DNA of 64,000 nucleotides from Rhodosorus marinus CCMP1338 (taxonomy: Eukaryota > Plantae > Rhodophyta): positions 1,240,001 to 1,304,000 of the forward strand of contig JAMWBK010000008.1 in assembly GCA_029953675.1 (NCBI GenBank). Direction: 5' to 3'. The notes under the pieces were generated by a model that was given only the letters and a program-made list of their open reading frames with translations, was not told the origin of the DNA and searched no databases. Position numbers and translations under genes: made by a program. Positions 22,877-32,484 of this stretch are shown piece by piece (position 1 is the first letter of the stretch; every line of letters starts with the position of its first letter).

Positions 22877-23598
22877 TCCTGCAGGCTCGACAAGCGTGCC
22901 ACCTCCGCCTGCAAATATGCCAGTCGTTGGGGGCAGTCTCGTTTAACATGTCCTATCTCTCGACACAGGTAGCAGGTTGGCGGCGCTCCCATGCTTCGAG
23001 TGTGTGGTCGACGCGGTGACGTTGTGCGGGGTTTGCTTCTTGGTGGATCCGAGGATCCCTTCGTCGCTTCCTTCGGCATCTCGTGGGCACCCGCCAGGCT
23101 TAATGCGATGACTTTCGCTTCTTCATAGGTCTTGGGTCGACCATAGTAGACGAAGTCTCGCTCACGACCAGTCAAGCCCGCCTTAAAACGCTCAAGCTTT
23201 TCAGAGTCGCTGATGAACTCGCCCAACTGCATGAAAAGTTCATCGAGATAGTCGACATAACGGGTGACATCAGGGCCGCGTTGTCGAGCGCTACGCAGTT
23301 TGGCCCGGACTCGCTCGATATGGTCGTGAGGTTCGAACTGTCCTCGCAGGGCCTGTTCGAAATCTTCGATAGACTCCAGTGCCTCCGAGAGGCCATCCGC
23401 CGCCTGCCGAAGACCCTGGTACCAGACCTGGGCCTGGGCCTTCAGAAACAGTCCCGCGTACTGGACTGACTGGCGGCCGGACTCTGCTACCTGATGGAAG
23501 TTCAGGTAGCCACGCAGTGAGGCCACGAACGTCTGAATCCTGACGAAATCCCGCTTGCCGTCGTAAGCCTCGGGCGGGGGTATAGTAAACGTAGTCAT
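22780..23598 (-). CDS. gag: Gypsy gag with CCHC zinc knuckle
   Basis: YDGKRD.., FLKAQAQVWY, CYLCREIGHVKRDC. Confidence 0.9.
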   Translation of the reverse strand: MTTFTIPPPEAYDGKRDFVRIQTFVASLRGYLNFHQVAESGRQSVQYAGLFLKAQAQVWYQGLRQAADGLSEALESIEDFEQALRGQFEPHDHIERVRAKLRSARQRGPDVTRYVDYLDELFMQLGEFISDSEKLERFKAGLTGRERDFVYYGRPKTYEEAKVIALSLAGAHEMPKEATKGSSDPPRSKPRTTSPRRPHTRSMGAPPTCYLCREIGHVKRDCPQRLAYLQAEVARLSSLQEENGRTPDEGCRPRVQRPASQPLGCSNGVMQA

Positions 23599-23676
23599 TT
23601 GAAGTTGGCTACTCGAGTCCTCCTGCTTCCGCTAGATCGCCCCTCCCTCCGTTCGTATCCTCTTAAACCTTTGAGC

Positions 23677-23686
23677 GATGAGACCA
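23677..23686 (-). other. Primer-binding site TGGTCTCATC
   Basis: Begins with TGG, 1 nt inside the 5' LTR. Confidence 0.75.
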
Positions 23687-23687
23687 C

Positions 23688-23894
23688 TGTTAGAACTCTT
23701 CTAACCAACTTGTCTTTACTTAATTCTAGGTCTCAAGATCTAGCAAAGCTAGGTCTTATATAGTCTTGGTTACTGTAAACTAAGACGTACCTGACAGTAA
23801 AGTAGAAACTGTTGGATACTAGCACACGAGCGTCTTACACCAAAGTAGGGAGTGTCTTACACAGATTACACAGCTCTTAGGGCAAGTTCTAACA
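23688..23894 (-). repeat. 207-bp LTR
   Basis: TG...CA ends with a 9-bp terminal inverted repeat TGTTAGAAC/GTTCTAACA; TATATAAG on the sense strand at 23762-23755. Confidence 0.9.
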
Positions 23895-26238
23895 GGGACG
23901 ATCGCTGCGGGGACAGCTGTCCTTGCCCCAGCGGTCAACTCGACCCGAGCTCCTGGGGCCGATTCCTCGGTATCTGGCCCTGTGCCCCATGTTGCTCCTT
24001 CTCGCCCCGCGCGTCCTTCCTATTCCCAAGTCCTCCGGCGTGGGACTGTTGAGGCCCGAGCGGAGGCCTTGGTAAGTGCTTTCCCGCCTGAGCCTGCAGT
24101 TGATTCTGTTCAGCCCACACTCTCTCCTCTGCGTTGGGTCTTAATGACCAATGTGCAACCCCAGCGCTCCTCGCGCTCCGGGGCCCGCATTCCTGTTCGC
24201 GATTTTCGAGACACCATGGCCTAGTGCCTGGGCACGTCCCCTCGCGATTTTCTCTACGTTGATTTTTCGGGCCCTCACACTCGCTTCCTGGTCTCCGATA
24301 CCGCTTATCAAATCCTCTCTACGCTGTTGAAAACGCCTCCCTCACAACGGCCGGTTTTAGCGAATAAGATTCTGACTCGCGCCCACGTGTCCCTCGTGCT
24401 TGATTTTGACCGTTTTTCCTCTGACTCGCTTGCGCCTGCGGATCTCCTTGGCGCGCCCGAGGACCTTCTGCGATCCGCGATTTCGGCGCATTTTGAGCTT
24501 TCCCGCGTTCAGAAGAACCTTCTCGACCGGCTTCCAACTCGGGGCCTTCTCCACTCCGCTGTCCATGAATTCCTTGTCTCTGAAACTTCGCTTTTGGAGA
24601 ACCATCCTGATTTTGCTGAGGTGTTCCCAGTGGGGGGTCTCTCTGCGTGCGTAGAGCCTCTGGCTGTGGTTGAGCCTTCTGCCATGGATTTTGCTGGCGG
24701 GGATTCGGAGGTGTATCCGCTCGCCCTCGAACCTAGTATCCCCTCGCCATTTGGCGTTCGGGGTCGTGTTTCCGCGGTTCTGGAGGACGCGTAAGCGTCC
24801 TTGACTTCTTTGCGTGGTCCTCCGCCCAAGCGTCCTCATTTGACGCAAGTGGCGGGGGCGCCTTCCTCAGCTTCCCCTACGGATTCACATCCAGTCCACG
24901 TTTCCTCAGAGGTGAGGGAGCAGGATGCCTGAGTCCTTCCGGGATCACTGCGAGCTCCCTGCTTTTTTTCCCAGCTCCAGTAGCTTTGAGGCCTGGCGTT
25001 CTCGCCTTTTCTCTTGGTTCTCGGGGTTTGTTGCTGGTTTTCCCTCTGGGGAAATCCCCCTTTGCTCTCAATCTCCTCCGGCTTGCCTTGCTCATCGGCT
25101 GCGCCGGCGCGTGTCTTTTCTCTTGGACTTTTTACTGATGGAGGTGGCCGACCACCCTCAGGATGCACTTGCTTGGCAACTCCTGTTTCTTTTTCCTCGG
25201 CTAGTGCTCAGTGTCTCCCAGGGGCGCCAATCCTGTCCCATTAGACGTGAAGTCCAGTCTTTCCTCGCAGGGGACTTTGCTTTCCTGGAATCTTTGTACC
25301 TTGCTAGTGTGTCTACTTCCTCTTTGTGTTCGACTTCGCCTCCTCGTTCTCGTCGACAGGCTAGGGCAAAGGCAGCAGTGGCACAGGGGGATATTTGGCG
25401 GGGGGCGGCCATTCTCCAGCAACGCGTTTCAGTCTAGCGGTGTCGAACTGAACTTGGCTGACACAGTTGCCGCATTGTTTCCTGCGCACGACGTGAGTTG
25501 GAACCCTGTTTTCCAGCGTGTCTTAGATCCTCATGTCGCCTCCACGACTGACGCGGGCAGGTTGCTGGTTCGGCCTGAAGAGGTTTTGGCTCTTCTTGGG
25601 TCCGCCCCGAAGGGTCGTGAACCGGGTCCCCCAGGTCTCCGGGTTGAGCTTTTGCACTGGTTGGGCGAGGAGGGCCTCGACGCCCTTGCGCGAGTGGTGG
25701 AGGCTCTTGTAAATGGGGACGATTTTTGCGACGATGCATGAACCTTACTTTTGCGGTCGCACCTGGTGCTAGTGCCTAAGCCTGGGCATTCGCGCCAGAC
25801 GCCCTCCACGCCCCATCGGGATGTGCGAGACCCTGCGCAAGTTGGCGAGCCGTTTTCTGTCTCGCAGGCTCACTAATGAGGCACGGGGTTTCTTCGGCCT
25901 GACCCAGGTGGGTGTGGGCTATTCGGGCGGCTGTGAACTGGTGACTCGCATCATGCAGTTGGACAGCCTCGGGGAGGAGCCTTTCGGTACACTTTCGGTC
26001 GATTTTGCGAACGCCTTTAACAGCGTGTCGCGTGTTCACGGGCTCGAGGTGGTTCGTCAGCTCTTCCCGTCGGGTTTCCGTTTCTTGCGCCGGGTTCTAG
26101 AAGGGCCAACTTGCCCTCTCCTTGTCACCTTGGGTGCAGACAGCCAGAGCTTTGTGTCACAGACGGGTGTTCAGCAGGGAGACCCCTTAGGGCCTCTTCT
26201 GCACGCATGTGGATTGCAGTTGGCGCTGTTGCGCGTGC
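23895..26238 (+). mobile_element. Lineage C copy 2, 5' region and RT (interrupted at about 26239)
   Basis: Collinear with about 7020-9330: RPSYSQVLRRG, LSRVQKNLLDRLP, VDFANAFNSVSR, GVQQGDPLGP. Confidence 0.88.
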
Positions 26239-26239
26239 C

Positions 26240-26741
26240 ATGATGTTTGTATAAAATGTCCTGCTTTCTACGAAATCCCTGCTCCCCGTATTTTACTGCT
26301 TCCGGGTATACTGCTGCGAAATCAGGATCTTGTAGATATGCTCCGGTCCAATCTTCTTGGGGTAATATACCGGAGACCGCCAGCTGGTTGATCGCTCCTC
26401 GGCTGAGAGGGTCTACGATATTTTCTGCTCCCTTCTTGTATTCGATATCAAAAGTAAACGGCAGGAGTCTATTGACATATCTTGCCTGTATATCTTGCCT
26501 GTATGTCAATAGACTCCTGCCGTTTACTTTGGATATCGAATACAAGAAGGGAGCAGAAAATATCGTAGACCCTCTCAGCCGAGGAGCGATCAACCAGCTG
26601 GCGGTCTCCGGTATATTACCCCAAGAAGATTGGACCGGAGCATATCTGCAAGATCCTGATTTCGCAGCAGTCTACCCAGAAGCAGTAAAATACGCGGAGC
26701 AGGGATTTCGTAGAAAGCGGGACATTTTATACAAACATCAT
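26240..26741. repeat. Fold-back inverted duplication: 240-bp arms, 22-nt spacer
   Basis: 26240-26479 is the reverse complement of 26502-26741 with at least 6 mismatches. The spacer contains a short tandem duplication (tcttgcctg twice). Confidence 0.92.
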
Positions 26742-28429
26742 CGTGTTTGTGTGCCGCGGAAATTCGTACCGCACTTACTGCGAAAACACCATGATGAACC
26801 AACCGGAGGACATCTTGGGCTTCATAAAACGGTGAACCTGTTGAAGCGGCGATATTATTGGCGGACCTTACGAGATGACGTCCAGTCCCTGATACAGAAA
26901 TGTGAGACATGTCAGCGTCAGAAACCATTAAGGGCGGCTCAGGGGCTTTTACAACCTCTGCCAGTACCAGAATCAAAGCTACAGGATATCTCGATGGACT
27001 TTATTGTCAGTCTCCCGATGACGGAATCCGGACATGACGCAATCTTGGTAATCGTGGACCGATTCTCGAAGTACGCGAAGTTTATCGCGACCAGAACGGA
27101 TGCAGACGCCCGTATGACGGCAGAACTGTTTTTCGAACACTGGGTGCGTTTTGCAGGCTTACCGCGAACATTTGTCTCCGATCGCGATACGAAGTTTACC
27201 AGCCTATTCTGGAAACAATTAATGGGTAAGCTTAAGGTCAAGACTCACCTAAGTACGGCCTATCACCCGCAGACGGACGGACAAACAGAGCGGGTCAACC
27301 AAACCTTGGAGACTTACCTCCGGTGTAACAGTAGCCAAGCGTCATGGGACTCTGATCTTCCCAAGGCGGAGTTGGTCTACAACACGCAGATTTCGGAGTC
27401 TACTAAGTATTCGCCCTTCGAACTTCTGTACGGACGAAACCCTGAGCTACCGGGATCCTTAATAGTACCACGTGCAGAAGAAGCTACCCCTACGCCTTTA
27501 CCTGATGCAGCGGAAGTTCTTCTACAACATCAACACGACCAATACCTGGAGGCGCGGAACAACATGCTTTACGCTAAGCAAATCCAGAAGATGCGGTATG
27601 ATGCGAGGCGGCGAAACCCTGACTTTACCCCCGACGAGCTGGTATTATTATCGATCAGAAACCTGCCGTTGCAAGACTCTAAACCGTTTCGACCGCGTAC
27701 ATCGGCCCTTTTCGACCGCGGTACATCGGCCCTTTTCGCATCAAACGGAAGATAAATGATGCCGCCTATACGTTAACGTTGCCAGCAGGGATGAAGATAC
27801 ATCCAACGTTCCACGTTTCCCTGCCGAAGAAATTTAGGGGAAACCGCAACAACGTTCAACTGAACATACCCGATTTTGCAGCTGAAGTAACGGGAGGCGA
27901 AATCAAATCCGTACTTGGTCATCAGATGAAACCAGAGGGAACCAGCGAATATATGGTATACTTCGAGGGGGAAACAGTAGCTGATGCTCGATGGATTGCA
28001 GCTCACCAGTTGCCACAAACCTCTGCTACAAAAAGGCAAATTCGCTACTACATGAACTTTCATCGTGCTGCTGAATCTGCCCGACCCCGCGCTTCTTCTT
28101 CGGTGGGAGGGATGTGACGTCTCCACCTTCCAGCTATGTCCGGCTATGCAAAATTATGCTCGGGCTGTGCCAAAAACTCTGGAGGTGCAACACCCTTTTG
28201 AGCTTAATAGTTATTGCACATCCCGATGGAGCAAGAGTATAAGTACGATGGGCAAACTCGATATTTCCCAGGTTAGCTGGAGAGAAGAGAGACAAGATAG
28301 AGAAGAACAAGATAGAATTGGGATATATTTCCTAATTTGGGAGTAATTAGGGGGGAATAAAACTCGAAATATGGAATAATTTGAGTAATACCCAGCTGGC
28401 AGTTTGAGACGTAAAATCTGGTCCCATCG
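26502..28429 (+). mobile_element. Chromovirus (Ty3/gypsy) 3' fragment: RH end, integrase, GPY/F motif, chromodomain, PPT, LTR, PBS-like motif
   Basis: HHDEPTGGHLG..CETC, ISMDFIV, VSDRDTKF, GQTERVN, RYIGPF..IHPTFHVS, chromodomain-like EIKSVLGH..EYMVYFEG..ARWI. PPT ggtgggaggga at 28102-28112; LTR about 28113-28416. Confidence 0.9.
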
Positions 28430-29762
28430 CAGCATCAGTTCCCGCGGGTCCGCGTCGTCGCCTTCCATGACGACGTGACCCTTCTCGGTGCTCCTGATGA
28501 TCTGGTGCAGGCGTACTCCCTTCTGGGCGAGGGGGCGTCCTTGATAGGCTTACGCACGGCAAGCGTGACTTTTGGGGTGGCCCTCAGTGCGCTGCGGCCC
28601 AGGTTCCCTCTCTGTTCCGGGACATTTGGCGTCCCGAGGGCTTCATTCTATTCGGTGTCCCTGTGGGCACTGAGAGTTTCGTGGAGCGCAACCTTCGAGC
28701 GCTGGTGAGCCGCCACGCTGAGCTCTTGAATGAGCTGTGCCGCCTACCGGAGGGGTACCTCCAGACTGCTCTGCTCCTCCTTCAGGTTCAGTGCGTATCA
28801 ACGCCTGAACTATTTCCTGCGGCAGCTCCCTTCGACGTGGGGGGCTTGGCTAGCCCTTCGCGCTGATCAGCGTGCGAGGGACGTTTTGAGCGCACTGGTG
28901 GACGCAGACCTCTCTACTCTAGGGGAGAACGAACAGGCTGTCCTTCACCGCCAGCTGGCCTTGCCTGTGCGCATGGGCGGACTAGCCGCGGGGAATTAGG
29001 CAATAATCCAACCGGCGGCCGTGGTGAGCTCTTGGGCAAATGCTTTAACTACTTGGTCTAGGGAGAGCAATCCCGCCGTGCGTGGTTTGTTACGAGGTCT
29101 CCGCGAGGGGAATTTGGACGTGACTCTCAGGTCGAGGCTCGGAGGCGTTTTTGACGAGCTGGAGGGTGCGTTTCAGAAATGTAATGCCCTGCCAAGCCGT
29201 ACACAACCCCGCTACGGGTCGTGGCGGGCAGCTTTTGACTCTTTTGGCGGATCTCGTTTCGGAAGCCCTGCGGCCGAACCGTGTCTTGACAATGGAGCTC
29301 GGATGGGGACTGGCGTTAGCGCTGGAGACGATGCTGACATGGATGGTGTCGATGCTGAAACGGACGCTGTTGCCGTGCCGTCGAGGCCGCCTGAGGAGTC
29401 TGTTACCCGGTCGGGCCCGGCCCCTTCGAGAACTGATGTAGTACAAAAAACCCTTTCCTGGGACATACATCGCGACTCGTAAGCCACCCTTCCAGGTTCA
29501 GCTTCCTCTCCGCCTTCGACCTTGGCTCGCCTTCGTGCTTTGGGGGGTAGCCTCAGCTCTCGCTTCTTTACGGTCATTCCTGCCTACCTGCGGCTAATGA
29601 TGACAGACTTCGAGATGCGCACGAACTTACGTTTGTACCTTGGCTTGCCCCAACCGCCATGGCCCGCGGCTGGGGCCTCGAGTTGTAACCTGTGCGGTAG
29701 CCACGTGCCGTGCGGCGAATTCGGTGGACACCTGTTGGCGCTGCGGGGTGAGCTTCCGCGAG
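28429..29762 (+). mobile_element. Lineage C copy 2, continuation after the chromovirus insertion
   Basis: Resumes QHQFPRVRVVAFHDDVTLLG, then QLALPVRMGGL, SRTDVVQKTLSW, CNLCGSH; cut at about 29762. Confidence 0.85.
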
Positions 29763-32451
29763 GTGTATGGCATGTTCGCAGCCACCGCTGACCGAGATGC
29801 CGAGTTGTTCCGGGAGCAGAAAGTCGCGGAGAGGCGTGGCGACAGCGCGAAGTGTCCACTGGGTGACAGCCTTCCGTAGTACCTCAGGAATCCCTAGCGG
29901 GCGTAGACGAAGAGGGCGCCCTTGTCTAGCTTCGGCAGACGTTCGCTTGTCTTTCGCGAGGAGTCGGTTGCTGCGCATGGCTTCGAGAAACACGTCAGGG
30001 AAGCTCTCCAGAGTGGTGGCAAGCTTGCGAAGGAAGCGCACAAGTACCGGTTGCGTTGTCATGGTGAGATTTCGCAGATGTTCGGCTTTGAGCGCACTCG
30101 GCCCGGGGGCTGTGGCGTACGGTAGGTGTTCCAGCGTTGACAGGAGGCTCTCGTCAGAGGCCAAAGTCGGGTCCCATATCTTGCGTTCCGGTCCGTTCAG
30201 CTTTGCCTGTAGGGCGTCTTCAAGCTCCGAGGAGAATGTTGCGGCCTCGTATTCAGGGAAGAGCGTAGTCAGAACGCGCCAGGTGGCAGGAGTCTTCGAG
30301 GCGAGATCGGTGGCCAGTAGGAGTTGGCTAGACTGGGACAGACGTTGAGCTTTGGCGAGTTGTAGGGCTCGTTTCTGTCGGTGGCGTATCTGAGGCGGCG
30401 GAGGTGCGATACAGTTGGTGTCAAGGGTTTTTCTGTGAGCAGTAAGATGTTCCCACACCGTGGAGAACCTTCCGTTCATAACGGCGAGCATCTGCGCAGA
30501 AGGGGCCAGGTCGCCTGTGTGTCCAAGTGCGAGACTGGGGAGAGCAAAGATGAACAGGCGTGACAGGTTCGGCGCTGACGTATTAAGGGCAAGTTCCAGG
30601 GCTTTCGACATGAGATGGTTCCAGTGCGTTTTCAGGTTATCGGGGACGAATTGGCGAGTAGGCGTCGGAGCCTGAGTCAGCTGCCACCAGCGGTTGCCAT
30701 TGTCGGTTAAGTTGAGAGCGAAGTCGTGCAAAGACGAGAGCCAGGCGTTCGAGTCGGTCTCGAAGAGTGACTGCGTCGAGGTGGTAGGTCGTTGTCGACG
30801 AGCACGAGCACGGCGTGATGAGCGAGAGCGGTTCGGAGTATATCGTCTGAGGAGCTGCTCATGATTGAGTCGTCGAGAGGGAGTCAGGCGTGACGTCGTC
30901 GTCCTCGTTGGAAGGCTTAGGGCGCTTAGTGGGTTGAGCCACTTGTCCCTGGTATTGGGCCGTCGAAAGTCCTTGCATCGGCTCCGCAGGGGTCACTGGT
31001 TGATCGCTAGTGGTAGAGGGGTCAGGCTCCGAGTCTAGTCGATCACGGGCTGTCGCGGCAGGCGTCTCAGGCGTGTTGTCCTCCCGAGCGGCTGGGACTT
31101 GGGCAGAATCAGCGCTATGCGTAGTCTCTGCGAGGGGTTCCGCACTCTCCCTCTCCAGTGCCGGTGGTTGAGGATCAGCTACCGGGCGCGCTCCAGAGAG
31201 CGTGGTTCTCTTCGATCGGTTGTTGTCGAGTACTGTGGCAGGAGAAGGGCACGCGCAGGCAATTGTCGGGTGCTCGTTGAGCTTGTGCGTGGAGGCTGGC
31301 CAGAGTGCGATCGAGCTCGGCCCTGACGTGGCCCAGGAGTGCCTCCCTGTTGTTGGGTGGGAGACTCCTGCGATTTGTAACAATCCGCTGGATCCGTCGG
31401 TAGCGGAGCAGGTTGTGAATCAGTGCAACGCGGGGATAGTCTGCCGGTTGGTGACGGAGCTTTTCCCGCATGCTCAGGTATTCGTGTGAAGTTGGAGAGA
31501 GCTTGACAGCTTGGATACGTTGATCAGGAGGCAGGTGTCCTCCTGGTGGGTTCGAAGGCCCCAGCGTTGGTAGCGTCGCGGAGCAGTTGGAAGGCGGTAT
31601 GATGAGCGATGACGTGAACATGATGATCAAAGTAGTCCAGCTGGAGCAGGGAATTTTTCTGAAGGCCGGCAAGGCGCTCGATATCCCAAGCGCGATGGGC
31701 CTTGCTTCTGGTGGAGTCCCGAGGTCGAGCATTGAGTAGCACAAATGCGTCAACGTCCTTCTGGCTCTGGTACTGCAGTCCGTGAATGCTCGCGAAACAC
31801 GAGCGATTGGCGGCTGCCGGGGTCTGGTTGGCGCGGACACGTGTCGTCCAGCTCATTGGCTGAGGTTGAGCTCGAGTCCTCGTCCGTGCTTGCTCATTGG
31901 CCGTTGCTAGATCTGGGAATGCATTTGAATCGAGATCACGTGTGTCGGGAGATCGCGGGCGGGCTGCTGCAGTGGCGTAGTTTGCTGGTTCGTAGACAGG
32001 GAGGGGGCGCTGTGCCCTCGGGGCAGCTGGTTGTGGCGTCGTAGTCAGATTGTGAAGGAGTTGAGCCTCCGTGCCATTGGCGTGTGCCTGGGCTACGAGA
32101 CCCATAAACCGCAGCATAAGCCCATTGTAAAGCGGGGTCTTGAATGGGCGCGTCGAGATGTAGCTTCAGCGCTCCGCAGCTCAGGTCAATTGCCAAGGGA
32201 GTAGGTACGTCGTTGCCAACTGCAGATGCAGTTGTAGGCTCAGAAACAGGGACTGGCAGAGGCTCAGGTCCGTCTGCCCCCAGACTAACGGCCGGAAGGT
32301 CTTCCATTGTTGCGTCTGTGGAAAAGCCCCCCCCATCCGGAGGCACGGGCTCTAGGGTAGTCATATTACTCGAAAAGCGTTCGCGAAAAGAATCAAAGTG
32401 CAACTTTATCACCACGATAAACTCCAAAGTCCAAAAAGAGAAAAACCCCGG
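29763..32451 (-). mobile_element. Lineage A element E0: 5' end through RT start, 3'-truncated
   Basis: The 5' end abuts the repeat tract; TAPGPSALKAEHL, RPLGIPEVLRK, QLGISVSGGCEH. Confidence 0.85.
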
Positions 32452-32484
32452 AACCCCAGACTAGAACCCCAGACTAACGTAACC
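32452..32484 (-). repeat. Telomere-like repeat tract (C-rich on +)
   Basis: aaccccagactag aaccccagactaacgtaacc. Confidence 0.9.

Larger units (their letters stand above)
20346..23894 (-). mobile_element. Ty3/gypsy LTR retrotransposon, 3'-truncated (5' LTR, PBS, gag, pol)
   Basis: Domain order gag-PR-RT-RH-INT, single LTR, integrase cut at the junction with a lineage A fragment. Confidence 0.95.

Noticed and set aside
23677-23762. Tf1-like self-priming (PBS GGTCTCA complements TGAGACC about 27 nt after the LTR TATA box)
   Set aside because: Only 7 bp pair, the PBS begins with TGG, and an almost identical PBS follows an unrelated LTR. tRNA priming is more likely.
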